A stretch of DNA of 64,000 nucleotides from Eledone cirrhosa. Lineage: Eukaryota. Numbering within the stretch: the stretch's first letter is position 1; the number at the start of each line of letters is the position of its first letter. The position numbers and the translations under genes were made by a program. The notes under the pieces are model-generated. The model saw nothing but the letters and a program-made list of their open reading frames with translations, had not been told where the DNA came from and searched no databases. The DNA lies in NCBI GenBank assembly GCA_964016885.1, contig OZ024743.1, forward strand, positions 44,640,001-44,704,000, given 5' to 3'. Below, piece after piece: positions 1-13,790 of this stretch.

Positions 1-398
1 TTTCCTGGTCTTCTTAATATTCGTTATTGTGTTATATTTAATTTGACATCATATTGATTGCTGAGTTGCTTTGTAACGCTTACCGCTTTATGTAAACTCT
101 ATGTTAAGGTTGTATTGATTTTTAATATTGGTTCACACTCAATGTTACCTTGATCCGTATTTCATATTGATATCATTGTTAGTCATACTGCTTGTAAATG
201 TGCATACATCTGTATGACTGTGTAGAACAGTAATACTGTGTATTAGACAGAAAATTGCCCTTTTTTCCTACCATAGTTTATTTATAAACAAACCTTATTG
301 TGCACACTCTTATTGCTTGATTTTAAGATTTATCAACTCTGTGTTATCTTGATTCATTGACATTAGTATTTTTAATTATATCTTTTGTTGAAATGTAT

Positions 399-1031
399 AG
401 TTTCAAATATCTGGGAGCAATCGTTTCAGATGAAGGATCTAAACTCGAAGTACACGCCACATCTACCTAGAGCCGAGACCACAGTAGCACTCACAAAACT
501 GTAGACCATCTAGAATGACAGGAAGACACATAACCGTCAGTTCAAAGATCAGACTGATACGCTCACTGCTCATGTCCATATTCTTGTATGCCTGTGGGCC
601 TCGGACAATAAGAGCGGGACGGAAATGAAGGGCGCAGGCTATACAGATGAGATGCTTCAGAAAGCTCCTTCACATCCCCTACAGAGGCCGCATCTCCAAT
701 AAGGATGTGCGAAATGTGGCAGCCATCGGGCCGAATGAATACCTACTGACCATTGTAAAACATTGAATACCATTGTAAAACAAAGCAAATTGATACGGTA
801 CGGGCAGATGACAAGTTTTCAGGGTTTGTCAAGACTGTCCTGCAGGGATCAGTAGACGGACGGAGGAAGAGGGGCAAACAGAAAGAGAGATGGAAGGACA
901 ACCTGGAATGGACAGGTATGAAGCTGAGTGCAACCATGAGGTGGAGAAGCTAGAGGAATGGAAGAAGCTGGTTATCATCTGTGGCGCCCCAACGGTCCAC
1001 TAGACTATGGGACAGATGAGAGATGAGAGAT
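399..1031 (+). mobile_element. Degenerate 3' fragment of an RTE-clade LINE
   Basis: Begins FKYLGAIVSDEGSK (RT C-terminal motif). Later frames read LQGSVDGRRKRGKQKERWKD..LEWTG, typical of RTE C-termini. Ends in a short GAGAT repeat tail. Multiple stops and frameshifts. Confidence 0.8.
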
Positions 1032-1349
1032 AGTTCTCTAAGACTTTCTTTACATTAGTAGCACATTGTAATATACAGAAGACACACATTTTTCTCTGGA
1101 ATCAGTGAAAACAAAATTCAGCATTACAAAGCAAAGAGCACTATAAGTGAGTCATGAGCAAGTTAAATCACAGTGTGTGGTTTATATATATATATTTTTT
1201 TTCTTTTTAAAGAGTTAAACAATATTCAATGAGTACATAAAAGAATGAGTTTTACAGTAGATTGAAAGCACTCTACAAAAAGATATTTTCCAGATTTATT
1301 AATATTAAATTCAAATATTAATAAAATAGATGCTCTTGTGATCAATTAA

Positions 1350-1415
1350 ATTTTATTATACATATTTCAGAGGTACTTGAATCAAGTTCAATAGTACGTC
1401 CTCATCAGATAAAAT
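1350..1415 (-). ncRNA. Type I hammerhead ribozyme motif (family A)
   Basis: Reverse-complement copy of 1520-1585. Confidence 0.75.
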
Positions 1416-1519
1416 AAAATGATACATGACATACCCTGACATGTTAAATGGTTAAGATTTAATCAAAGTTGATTAAATCTTAACCATTTAACATGTCAGG
1501 GTATGTCATGGATCATTTT

Positions 1520-1585
1520 ATTTTATCTGATGAGGACGTACTATTGAACTTGATTCAAGTACCTCTGAAATATGTATAATAAAAT
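1520..1585 (+). ncRNA. Type I hammerhead ribozyme motif (family A)
   Basis: ATTTTAT-CTGATGA-(bulged stem II GTAC..TTGAA..TTCAA.GTAC)-GAAA-TATGTA-TA-ATAAAAT; 7-bp stem I, AUA triplet. Confidence 0.8.
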
Positions 1586-1624
1586 TTAATTGTCCACAAG
1601 AACATCTATTTTATTAATATTTGA

Positions 1625-1679
<55 letters not shown>

Positions 1680-1836
1680 CACATATGTTTATACACACAC
1701 ATATGTTCATATATATATATATATATATACATATAACACATATGTTATGGCTAAAACAGCACGATGTGCTGTGACCAGCGGCGTCGATTGGCGCCCGACC
1801 GTCTGGTGGGTCAAGGTAATCAAGGTGATATATATA

Positions 1837-3254
1837 CTAGCAGTTTAGCCCGGCGTTGCTCGGGTTTGTTCATTTGCTATGAAAAGTTACATACCGGTAA
1901 ACGTGTCTTGAAAGCAAATAAGCTTATCAATTAAGTGCATAAAGCAGTTGAACCGGTTATTAAAAGTTACGAACCAATTAGCATTTTGGACAATCAATGA
2001 TGGGTCAATAATCTTCGAATACCGAATTTAGCAGACCAAAGTTGCAAGATGGTGGCCCTGATGCCGTTGGGTGTCAGATCTGTCCGCCATGGGTGACCCT
2101 ACCAGGAAATAGTTTTCCAGACGGCATAGTTCCAACACCTCCAACACCTGCACCAACATTTATAGCACCTCTTTGTAGACGATATTGCCTGTCATCCTTT
2201 GAGGAGTATAAGCAAAATGTCCATTCCTGTCCATACGCCATGGGAGAAGCATGGCTCCCCCAAATGGATGCCCGCCACCGACAATGTTTGCCCTTGTGAC
2301 TTGTTAATGGACATGGCAAAACATGATTTCACCGGGAATTGGATTCGCCGGAAATCGAACGGGATATCTGACGCCGAGGGGAAAAGGTTCATCCTTGGCA
2401 GTGTATTCGGCAGAATTGCCAGAAGTACAACACTATAGGTGCTGTCATATTAATATTTAACCAATTAAAGTCCTAAAAAATAAATAATTTAAACATTCCG
2501 ATTCATATGTCTATAGCATTAATCGGTTATATGAAGTGTTATTTTGCGGGTTGTTATTTGCAATAAGCCGATTTAAAATGCCACAGAAAAGCCGTATGTC
2601 AATACGGAACTCCAATGACTCTCCCAGCAGTTAAATTATAGAGAGGGGGAATAATCTATTATAGAGAGGGGGAAGAGCGACAGAGAGACAAAAGCTAAGA
2701 AACTATAGGGTGTTAATCTTCAAAGCATGAAGAGAGTAAAGCGGTTAAATTATAGAGAGGGGGAATAATCTATTATGGAGAGAGGGAAAAACGATGCGGA
2801 GAGCGGAAAATAAAGCTATGTTTTTTGTTGTATAAATTGATGTGTTGCTTAGTTTTCAAAGTTTATGTCGCGTTCCTGAACGAAGTTTTGTCGCTGTTGT
2901 AAACTGTAATGGTGATAGGGTAGTAGAGGGAGGCATAACCTTTTAAAGAGAGTTGCAGAGGAGATTGAGGGGGGAGTAGAGGGAGGGGTGAACCTTTTAA
3001 AGAGAGTTGCAACATATATGTAGTTTCATAGATTGTTGAAGGTAGTAGAGAGAGGTTTACAGCATTTATTTAGTTTTATCGATTTCTTTCATAGAAGCAG
3101 GACAGTGTTGGCAAAGTTTATTACGCGTTGACATTCGTTGATAAATTTGGAGCACATTGGAAAAAATCATCAAAATCGGTAGAGAAATGTGGAAATGCAT
3201 AAAAATCATACACACACACACAGACAAACATCTTCCGTTTTATATATATAGAGA
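1837..3254 (-). mobile_element. Non-autonomous Helitron with internal helicase remnant
   Basis: Minus-strand 5' end TC(TC)TATATATATAAAA at ~3254; 3' subterminal hairpin CCCGAGCAACGCCGGG followed by CTAG|T at 1837. Confidence 0.8.
2230..2400 (-). pseudogene. Helitron Pif1-type helicase C-terminal fragment
   Basis: IPFDFRRIQFPVKSCFAMSINKSQGQTLSVAGIHLGEPCFSHG, the classic RepHel motif V-VI region. Confidence 0.9.
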
Positions 3255-3565
3255 TATATATACCACAAACCCTCCATCTCAATTCTACTTTTGAAAGGCA
3301 TACGAACTGTGAAACTGGTAAAGGAAATAAAGAAATATTCTTAAAAAGACTCCAGTTGCATTTTCGATTTCTTTTCCTTATGCTTTCAACCGTGTGTGAC
3401 ATCTGTTTCTTTTTATAAATAACAAAATAACTCATTTTCTTCTGTATACACACATACATACCCTTATGTTCACATACTATTCCTCATAGCTTCGTACTTA
3501 CATGCACACGCACTTTTTTACTCACATATACACACGCATTTCTTCTTAGCTTCGTACGGACGTAT

Positions 3566-3601
<36 letters not shown>

Positions 3602-3813
3602 ATATGCTTACACACGTGCACAAGTATAGCTCATTTTACAAAACCGTTTTCTTTGCCATCATCCAATTTTCTAAAGAATGAATCATATACAAAACGCCAG
3701 CACCCACAGTTTTGCAAGAGATGTCAACATGAATGGACCTGTTATTTTTATCTAAAGACTTTTTTTCCAATTACAACCGCCCGTCCCCTCAATCTATCTT
3801 ATTTCTCATTCTT

Positions 3814-3849
3814 TCTTCTGATGAAGGACTAGCGTCCGAAACGTTAAGA
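3814..3849 (+). ncRNA. Minimal hammerhead motif (family B)
   Basis: TCTT-CTGATGA-A-GGAC tagc GTCC-GAAA-CG-TT-AAGA; palindromic AACGTT stem III. Degenerate relatives at ~50996-51043 and 62825-62862. Confidence 0.65.
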
Positions 3850-4269
3850 CCCTCTCTCTACATATATATAGTGGATTTGTAGATTTTGGGGTACATAATA
3901 ACAAACATTTACGTATGGAGGTAAGTCTGAGAGAGGGATGGACAAATAGTCAGTGAAAGAGATAACTACAAACATAGACGGACGCTGGGACAATGATCGT
4001 TATTAGCTTCCAGGAAAATCGAAACTTCAAACCTAAGTATTTTAAAAACAAAATCCAGAATCTAATTAGAATTTATGTTTGTTTGTTTTTGTTTTTGCAT
4101 GTTTGTTTTCCTTTGGCGCATAATAATACACGTTTTTGAGCAGTATCGTGAATAATTAAAATTCTTTCTAGGTGACGTTTTCTTCTTGTCACCGTAAGAA
4201 TCACCATCAGCCGTCGATGTAGTAGCACCATCAATTTCATCCACATCATTCTAATTATTATCACTACAG

Positions 4270-4312
<43 letters not shown>

Positions 4313-4968
4313 CCTCATTACTGTAATCATTAATATTATCGTTGTATATGTTGTTCATTTTTCTTATTTTATAATGTAATTTCCGGAGAAGAATTTAATT
4401 TCTGCCGTCTTAATTAAAAAGGAAGTTAGTCTCATGAAATACAGTAAAACACCTCCCAAATTCATTACAATTCTTAGCTCTTTCCCATTTTTAGTTTTAA
4501 TAACTGTACTTGTATTTCTGAAAATACTTTCAAGAATTCAACTCTATTTTCAATTAATTTAATTATAGTTACAGTCTATTAGATTATTGCTATATTAATT
4601 AAAATGTTTCAAGTAATGAGGCATCGAATGTATACTTGTTTGTATTGCAAGCCTCGGTATCATATTGCTATTTTAGTCACACAACGTGAACCAATAATGC
4701 AAATACTACATTTGCTACAATACTTTATCAGCAGAGATTATTTAAAATTACATTTTTTTCTGTTCTTGAAAGGTAAGGTTCATAAGAAGTTAGTCTTAAC
4801 ATCCAATTACATCGCAGAATACACTATTAGTTCTTATTTGATTATTTTAATAGTTTCCGTATTAAGACTACAGCAGTGTTGTGGCACCATCTTCAAGACG
4901 TTTTGTCGGTCGTTTGAACACCAATATTTTAATTCATGTCTGGTACATATCTTATTCATTATATTGGG

Positions 4969-5140
4969 GCAGTATCGGTAGAGAGTCGGATGCCATGCTT
5001 TCCAGCATAGTTACGTCCCTTTGCAGTCTGAGTTCAAATCCCGCCGAGGTTAACTTTGCCTTTCATCCTTACGGGGTCGATAAAATAAAGTACCAGTAAT
5101 GTACTGGGTAATTGATGGCCTTGTGCCAAAAGTAGAAACA
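4969..5140 (+). mobile_element. tRNA-derived SINE (dominant family of the window)
   Basis: B box GAGTTCAAATCC, core GCCTTTCATCCTTACGGGGTCGATAAAATAAAGTACCAG, tail AAAGTAGAAAC; flanking direct repeat ATTATATTGGG. Confidence 0.85.
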
Positions 5141-6547
5141 ATTATATTGGGCCAAACTGCTACGTTACAGGAAATGATCGAAAAGTAGGCGTATACCCAG
5201 GCACCCACAAATACACACAGGCGCACTTACACACACACATTCTCATATAGATATGTGTATATGTGTGTGTGTATTTAGTAAAGAGCGATAACTCTATGCT
5301 ACAATGCATATTGTCCAACGCTGTACCAATCTACCGCGCCAATAATAATAATTATTATCATTATAAATGAACATGCTGTGAGGTACAGCCTCACACTAAC
5401 AAGTAATATGATTAATGATGATGTTGAATTAGATACGGGTATCCCTACAAATTCTGTCCATCAAATTTAGTCACAAGGTTTTGATCAACACGTAGCTATA
5501 GTAAAAGACCAAGATGCTACGCAAAACCACTGAATCTTAAAACAGGTTGTGAATCAAACTTATTTGCCATACTCCTTCAACCTGATTATGAAAATTGTAT
5601 TTGAATTAGATGGTAAGGTTTTGATAGCAGAATAATCCGAACTGACTGTTCCGCGTTACTGATTTCTAACAAAAACACAAAGATATTATTTTATATAAAC
5701 AAAACTTTGACATTAAGTGACATTCGTAGTTTATTCACAGCCATCGGCAGTCTATTTAACTATTTTGTTAACATATACCTAATGGTAGTATGCAGGGTGT
5801 AGTAAAATAACTAACGTTCTCATTTATCAGCGAGTGTTTAGATCATAATACAGAGAGGTTCTTAGATATAATTACGAAGAAATTTATTTAGGTAAATATA
5901 AACATTTTAACATAAATAATTTTGTATCTAAGAACCAGAGGAAGTTTCATGCGGCTATTTATCAAGTGTTACACTTAATTTCAAAAACTGATTTGTGAAT
6001 TAAGTTCCAAGTAAGTTCCAAATTGCAATTTATTGCTATATATTTCCTGCATTTCTATCTATTGTTATATGTGAAGGAGGTGTGCAACGTGAATGCATTT
6101 CTTAAGCCATTAAACTGCGAATATGCAACTGCTCCAGCTTTTGTTTGAATCTACATCTCAGTCTATGATTGCCGAGGTTGACTTACACCTAACTATATAG
6201 CACGTATATCATATTAATAAGATGCATTCAACATGCCTTTATATAGGTGCATTAAACATGTAAAAAATAAAATAAATGCAATTCTTGACTCTCATTTCTG
6301 CCTGTTCCCTTCTTTGAATTTGCATATAATGGCAGGGGAGGTATTCTATCACGAAAATCAGCATGAAATAAAGTATTTTGATCAAGAACACAATACTCCG
6401 TCTGTTGAATGAATGGATTCCATGACATTATGATGGCGAGCCAGCACGTTAGCAAATGGGTCTCGCGCCTTCACAAATTGCAGCATAGACACAGAATCTA
6501 CTCCTCAAAACTTTATATCTTGCTCAACACCACTCATTCAGTTTTTA

Positions 6548-6917
6548 CCAGGGTCGGCTGAAAGGTTCATAGGCTGAATATGAAGGATTGACGATAAAGC
6601 TGTGAAATCTTGCAAACATTAATTTCAACTCTTATTTGGATTGGCAGTATCGGTAGAGCGTCGGACGCCATGCTTTGCAGTAAAAAGTTACGGCTCTTTG
6701 TGATCTGAGTTCAAATCCCGCCGAGGTTAACTTTGCCGTCCATCCTTACGGGGTCGATAAAATAAAGTAGCAGTAATACACTGGTATAATTGCTGGCCTT
6801 GTGTCGAAAGTAGAAACAATAATTAATCACTGCATTGTTTCTTTCCATGGACTATGTTGAAAAATAAATCTCATTTGGTTATTCCATGAGAGTATCTTGA
6901 TCAGCCTATTCTCGTAC
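6548..6917. mobile_element. Mariner-like MITE remnant interrupted by a SINE (6637-6822, +)
   Basis: Left end CCAGGGTCGGCTGAAAGGTTCATAGGCTGA and partial inverted right end TCAGCCTAT..CTCGTA; SINE core inside. Confidence 0.5.
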
Positions 6918-7060
6918 ATAGACCATGTCGCTACAGTCCAACATGTCATGATATATAAATCTTAGCTCCCTTTCACTGATATACCGGAGCAAGTCAGTGT
7001 TATCTCAGTTTTATTCAAGGATGTCATAATTACATTTAGTCTGCTGAAAATAAAAGGGAG

Positions 7061-7116
7061 GAAGAAGAAGAAGAAGAAGAAGAAGAAGAAGAAGAAGAAG
7101 AAGAAGAAGAAGAAGA
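7061..7116. repeat. (GAA)n microsatellite
   Basis: Direct read. Confidence 0.95.
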
Positions 7117-7127
7117 TATATATATAT

Positions 7128-7507
7128 GGGATAACAAGTTATCGTTATAAGTAATCCAGTTAGTGGTTGTGAGAACTCTGCGCCGTGGATAGTTTTAACG
7201 TGCGGCTTTGTTTAACTCAATAAGTTGTTTGCATAGTTAGGCAGCGAGTCAGCGAGAATTGTAATTACTTAGAGTAATAATAGTGAAAGAATGAAGAGTA
7301 ACGTGCTTGGCTGTACAACAAGGGGATTTATTTCAGGTATTGACAATTGTTTCATTGACCAGGTGAGTCTAGAGGTCGCTAATCGCTCGAAGTCACTCGA
7401 TCTCCATTACATTATTTACCTCTGACCAACTCATCAGAATACCATTCTGATGACTGAAATAAAGCCCCTTGTAAAGCCAACCATGTTACTCTTCATTATT
7501 TCACTAT
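7128..7507. mobile_element. Fold-back Penelope-derived mini-element (family C), right arm internally deleted
   Basis: 7281-7336 is inverted at 7454-7507; turn at TCATCAGAAT-acc-ATTCTGATGA; TA flanks. Confidence 0.7.
7336..7443 (-). ncRNA. Hammerhead motif with large stem II domain (family C)
   Basis: GGTATT-CTGATGA-GTTGGTCA..(~60 nt)..TGGTCAAT-GAAA-CAATTG-TC-AATACC; GUC triplet, palindromic stem III. Confidence 0.8.
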
Positions 7508-7514
7508 ATATATA

Positions 7515-7701
7515 AAGGCGGTGGATTGGCAGTATCGGTAGAAGGTCGGACGCCATGCTTTCAAGCATAGTTACGTCTCTTTACGATCTGAGTTCAAATC
7601 CCGCCGAGGTTGACTTTGCCCTTCATCCATACGGGGTCGATAAAATAAAGTACCAGTAATGCACTGAGTCATTTGCTGACCTTGTGCCTAAAGTAGAAAC
7701 A
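7515..7701 (+). mobile_element. tRNA-derived SINE, near full length
   Basis: Same family as 4969; flanking direct repeat ATTATTTCACTATATATATA. Confidence 0.85.
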
Positions 7702-7707
7702 ATTATT

Positions 7708-7738
<31 letters not shown>

Positions 7739-8296
7739 GTAAGTATATATATATATATATATATATATATGTAAGTATATATATATATATACTTATTTTT
7801 TCATTGAATAGTAATACGAGGATATTGGATTGCTTCTTTAGTGTTAAAACTCAAATATGTTCATGAAAGTCTTCATGGTATTTATTCTTTTACGTCCAAT
7901 GTAACGCCACCGCCTGCTTTGTATCTCCTTTTAACGTAGTCCGCTATTGTTGCAAGCAATTAAACGCCCTCTCTGGTCTGATGATGCAATATTCTCTCAG
8001 TACCTTCAGTTTCGGACTAAAACCTTTAAAATAATATATCAAGTGCAGTGTGGGCAAACATGAAGCCTTGTTATTGCAAAGCAAACATGTTACCTACATT
8101 TCCATTCCTCTCGCGATTGAAGTCATTAAACTTGACTCAGCAGTTAATGACTAATTTCTTTACTTACTATATCGTACTTCAAATAATTTTGTCTATTCAG
8201 TCTTCCTTTCATTTCCCCATAATGACCAATGTGTCCAGAGCTGGACTGAATGATATCACCAGAGAGTCAGCTTAGTATCTATCTGGGTTATATTAT

Positions 8297-8760
8297 TGTT
8301 CAAATCCCGCCGAGGTTAACTTTGCCTTTCATCCTTACGGGGTCGATAACATAAAGTATTAGTAATACACTGGAATAATTGTTGGCCTTGTGCTAAAAGT
8401 AGAAACAATTATTGTTCAAATCCCGTCGAGGTTAACTTTGTCTTTAATCCTTACGGTGTCGATAAAATAAAGTACCAGTAATGTACTGGGTAATTACTGG
8501 CCTTGTGCCAAAAGTAGAAACAATTATTGTTTAAAGGGCAGTAGTCTCGATATCGGTAGAGTGCCAGATAAAATGCTTTTTTGGTATAGAGTTATGTCTC
8601 TTTACATTCCGAGATCAACTCCCACCAAGGTTAGTTTGTCTTTCATCCTTACAGGTTCGATAAAATAAAGCACCAGTTATGCATTGGGGCCGATTTGATC
8701 TATTTTCCCCTCCCTTTCAAAATGCTGGCCTTGTGCCTAAAGTAGAAACAATTATTGTTT
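8297..8760 (+). mobile_element. Three tandem SINE copies (two 5'-truncated at the B box)
   Basis: Units at ~8297, ~8413 and ~8537 each contain the SINE core and end AAAGTAGAAACAATTATTGTT. Confidence 0.85.
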
Positions 8761-9887
8761 AAAGAGTGCACGTGGTTAAGAAGTATCCTTTATAATGGTG
8801 GGGTCCCTGGTTCTATATCACTGCTTCAGACACACCCAATCCTTGAGTGTGAGTGGAACTTGGAAAATGTTAACTGTGTGGAAACTCGTTGGTTGATTTG
8901 TACCTGTATATAAAGACCCAGCTTTGTTATATTCGGCTTGGGAATTGCATGAAGGTTACACGCGTGTGAGGAATACTACATATACGTTAATGAATTAAAC
9001 CATCTCTAGTTCATGAATTAAACCTCTAGTTGACTGAACAAATGAATGCTCATCGTCGAGAGCGAAGGAAGATCTATTGCTATTAATGCGTAGGTTAATA
9101 ACCTACAACCCTGTAATTCCAGCACTAATTATGTCGATGGAGGCAAATATGTGTGGCATTAATCATAGCAAACAGAAACGATGACTTTTGCATTAACTTT
9201 TAATTTATCTGACGAGAAATTCGTAGTGTATAGAATTTTCGATCCATCCCTACTCCTGCTTTCCATCGCAATCTAATTCTAAATATAATTAATCATCCTG
9301 AAACTCGGTGGCAAATATACACATAATACATTTCGTTTTCATCAAATCCCCGCGGCGCCAGTTGGCTATGCATTACGAACAATTTAATTTTATACTATCT
9401 TATTGATAGCAAAATTTTATTTTTATCTTCAATTACTAACAACGGAACGTTGCTTCTTTCTGATCTGTTAGTTCTGCCGTGCTTCGATAACAACCGTTCA
9501 ATTTACAACAATAGATACATGAAATGCCTTTAGAAATACATCTAGATTCCATTTATTAAAACAGGTGGCTAGTTTCCCTAATATCATGAAGAAACTCTAT
9601 TACAGCCTATAAAGAGATCTATTTTAAAATTTGACTTGTATTTGCATAATACTTCACCTTCGATTTCACGATCGACCTCTCATCATCGATGAATTATCGT
9701 GCCGAACAGATTTCTTATAACGCATGTATACATTGTGAACACATGACATATTATATATATCGATTCATCGATCAAGTTTAACCTTTTAACGAAGACAGCT
9801 ATTCAAGGAGTCTCAAAATTCCATGCCTCAAAATTCCACTGATTTAGCGAGATGCGATTGCATACAATTTTGGAGCACACACATAAA

Positions 9888-10030
<143 letters not shown>

Positions 10031-10542
10031 ATGCATGCACATAATAGAAATTGTTTCAATAAAAGAACATTTTTGAGGCAATTTCATAGTTTATTCAGCT
10101 GGGCTAACACCATAAGATTTACTTCAAATGATACAAAACCACGCTTAATGAAAAAGTTAAAGGATCGATATTCGCCAACAGGAATCCAATAGTTGTTTAC
10201 ATTAACGTATTTAAAAGATTTAATGCTATAACAGATGGATGAATCAGTCCGCACACAGCAGTGTAACTAACATACAATTTGGTATCAAAACGCCTGAAAC
10301 TGACATTAGTTCTAAAATAGAAAAGTGCTTGTTTTAAAATCTGTCTGTATATTTAAAACGATTCATCATAAGTTTATGGAAGAAGCGTTATTACGCTATT
10401 TTATTACACTAGCCTAATAAAGAGGAATATGATTATATTATTAAATGCAATTAAAACCTTTATTATTTTCAAAATTATTTGAAAATCATTGACAGTGATT
10501 TTTATGAGAAAGGGTTAACTCTAGGTCGTAGTCGACAAGAAA

Positions 10543-10720
10543 TAATTGTTTCTACTTTAGGCACAAGGCCAGCAATTCACCAGTACATTACCGGTACTTT
10601 ATTTTATCCCGTAAGTATGAAAGGCAAAGTTAACCTCGACGGGATTTGAACTCAGACCGTAAAGGGATGTAACTATGCTAGAAAGCATGGCGTCCAACCC
10701 TCTATCGATACTGCCAATTC
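10543..10720 (-). mobile_element. tRNA-derived SINE
   Basis: Reverse complement of the family consensus. Confidence 0.85.
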
Positions 10721-11231
10721 ACAAATAATTAATCAGACTTAGTGTCGAACACCTTCCAGTAAATAAAGGCATTCGCAGCAAAGAGATTGATATATATGGT
10801 TGCTTAACCAGCTACAAATATAAGCCATATCTTCGTCGTTAAAAATGGAAGCTAATAATATAATATAGTGCTACATACTACACTGTTACTGAAAAAAATG
10901 GAAGCAGGCGTGCTTGAGTGGTTAAAAGGTTTATTTTCCAGCTTCAGTTGAACAAATAATTGAATGTTCTTCGATGAAACAGACGCAGGATCCATAATTC
11001 CCGAGGAAAGATATCGAAATACCCATGTGTGTAGGATATTTAATCAAGTATCTACATTATAAGGACTGACGACGCTAAACAACACCAATAAACATTTTAT
11101 CATTTTATTTATTACTAGGCTTCACGTATTTTATACTATCCCTTAAGATATAAGTAACAAATTCATACAATATAAACAAATATAACATATACTCTCGCTA
11201 ATATAACACACACACATATCTCTCTCTCCAC

Positions 11232-11376
<145 letters not shown>

Positions 11377-11377
11377 A

Positions 11378-12136
<759 letters not shown>

Positions 12137-12237
12137 TTAGGGGCCTTGGAGCTGAGGGCCAGGGGAACCATGAGCCTCACGCCCATAATTATATTTTTCT
12201 CCCCAAACTACCAAAACGCATATATTTGTATATGCGC

Positions 12238-12275
<38 letters not shown>

Positions 12276-12425
12276 ATACTTTAGGAGGGTCATGTTGCCA
12301 ATACGAAACACACGCACCAGTTGCTTTCACTTCAATTTATTATAATAAATTTATAAATTTAGGAATTTATAAATTTCCTGTTGGTTGGTTGGTTGGTTCC
12401 ACAACCAGATGATTGTTTATATATT

Positions 12426-12468
12426 GTCAAAGTTCTTTCGTCACACATTCTGTGACCTCTTCAGTGAC
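12426..12468 (-). ncRNA. Minimal hammerhead motif (family E, unit 2)
   Basis: GTCA-CTGAAGA-G-GTCAC agaatgt GTGAC-GAAA-GAAC-TT-TGAC. Confidence 0.7.
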
Positions 12469-12606
12469 TTGGGATTCTTTTCTTTGTTTTTGTGCCTCTC
12501 CTCTGTTCTGTCCTACGCCATCTTGTTTTTGTGTGTGTGACACACACAAAAACAAGATGGTCAAACATACAGATACAATATAGACACAAACACATATACA
12601 TAGTCT

Positions 12607-12648
12607 ATCAAAGTTCTTTCGTTGCACATCTGCAACATCGTCAATGGT
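12607..12648 (-). ncRNA. Degenerate hammerhead motif (family E, unit 1)
   Basis: TTGACGA-T-GTTGCA gatg TGCAAC-GAAA-GAAC-TT-TGAT. Mirror copy at 14080-14121 (+) has CTGACAA, so the consensus is CTGACGA. Confidence 0.55.
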
Positions 12649-13015
12649 GCTATTGTTTGCTCCCGTTGCATTGTATGTCTACGCCATCTTTATTTAGTTT
12701 GTTTATATATTTATTTATTTGTTTATTTGTTTGTCTTCTTTGCGCATGCGTTTGCGTGTGTGTATAGTGTTTTGTTTGATGTGTGTTCGTGTTTGGGTGA
12801 CTGTGTATGGTTAATATATTCTATCTTTACTAGTGTGTGTTTATATGTGTTTGTTGTTATTGTGCTTGTGTATGTATTTATTTATTTATCTATTTATTTA
12901 TTTATTTATTTATACTTCTCTTAGGTCAGTGTTGTTTCTTTGGGTGTTGTTGTTATTCCATTAATTTTTTATGTTTACCCTTGGCCTTCTAAGTTCTATT
13001 TCACCGGCTTCTCTG

Positions 13016-13790
13016 GTGATGAAGAATGTGTCCCGCATGTGCGACCCAACAGAAATGGAAAGACACATCCAACACTTCATCAACCGCATGCAGTTCTCTG
13101 GCTACAACCAAAGAGACAGAATCAGAGTATACGAAAGAACCACGGAGAAGTATAAGACCCTCATAGAACTGGACATGAATGGAATTTTCCCCAGTAACAG
13201 GAGCAAATCATGGAATAGCTTAAATAGGGCTAGACATAAGATAGCGAAAGCCACCTCATGGTACGACAACCAGAGATACCAGAGTGTCATGTTTGTGGAC
13301 GCTACCCCTGGAGGGAATTTAGCTAACCAGTGTAGAAAGGCCCTGAAAATACCCCTTAAAGATTAAGATGGTAGAAAAGCCAGGAACCACCATAAAATCC
13401 CTGATCAGCAACACCTACCCTTTTAAGAAAACCCACTGTACTAATAGGAAATGTATCATATGTAAAGTAAACCCCCGGATAAACTGTAAAACTAGAAACG
13501 TAGTCTATAGCTTAAGATGTACAGAGGGTACTTGCAGAAACATGACAACAACATACATAGGCAAGACAGCTCGTAGCATAGGTGAAGCGATAGACCAACA
13601 CTGGGGGGAACTAAAAGGACGAAAAAACGGTTCAGTAATATACGAACATGCCTGACAACAACACGACGGTAACATAGACAACATAGAAATTAGAATAATA
13701 TCTAAACATAGAAATGTCCCAGCAGATAGACAAATCAGAGAGGCCAGTGAAATAGAACTTAGAAGGCCAAGGCTAAACAGAAAAAATTAA
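13016..13790 (+). pseudogene. Penelope-like RT thumb + Cys linker + GIY-YIG endonuclease, frameshifted
   Basis: RMQFSGY..VMFVDATPGG..VEKPG..C-x4-C-x2-C..NCKTRNVVYSLRC..TYIGKTARS..EH..RQIREA..LNRK; frameshift ~13350-13367, stops at 13653 and 13788. Confidence 0.85.

Larger units (their letters stand above)
1209..1627. mobile_element. Fold-back Penelope-derived mini-element (family A)
   Basis: Near-perfect inverted repeat 1308-1466 / 1469-1627; the left arm extends about 100 nt further. TA-rich flanks. Same sequence occurs single-armed at 49940-50190. Confidence 0.8.

Noticed and set aside
4062-4330. Short minus-strand ORF next to (ATT)n as a host exon
   Set aside because: No recognisable domain or convincing splice sites; in-frame stop just upstream.
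8297-8760. Tandem repeats as a CRISPR-like array, or SINE heads as tRNA genes
   Set aside because: These are tandem SINE copies with no unique spacers, and no complete cloverleaf was found.
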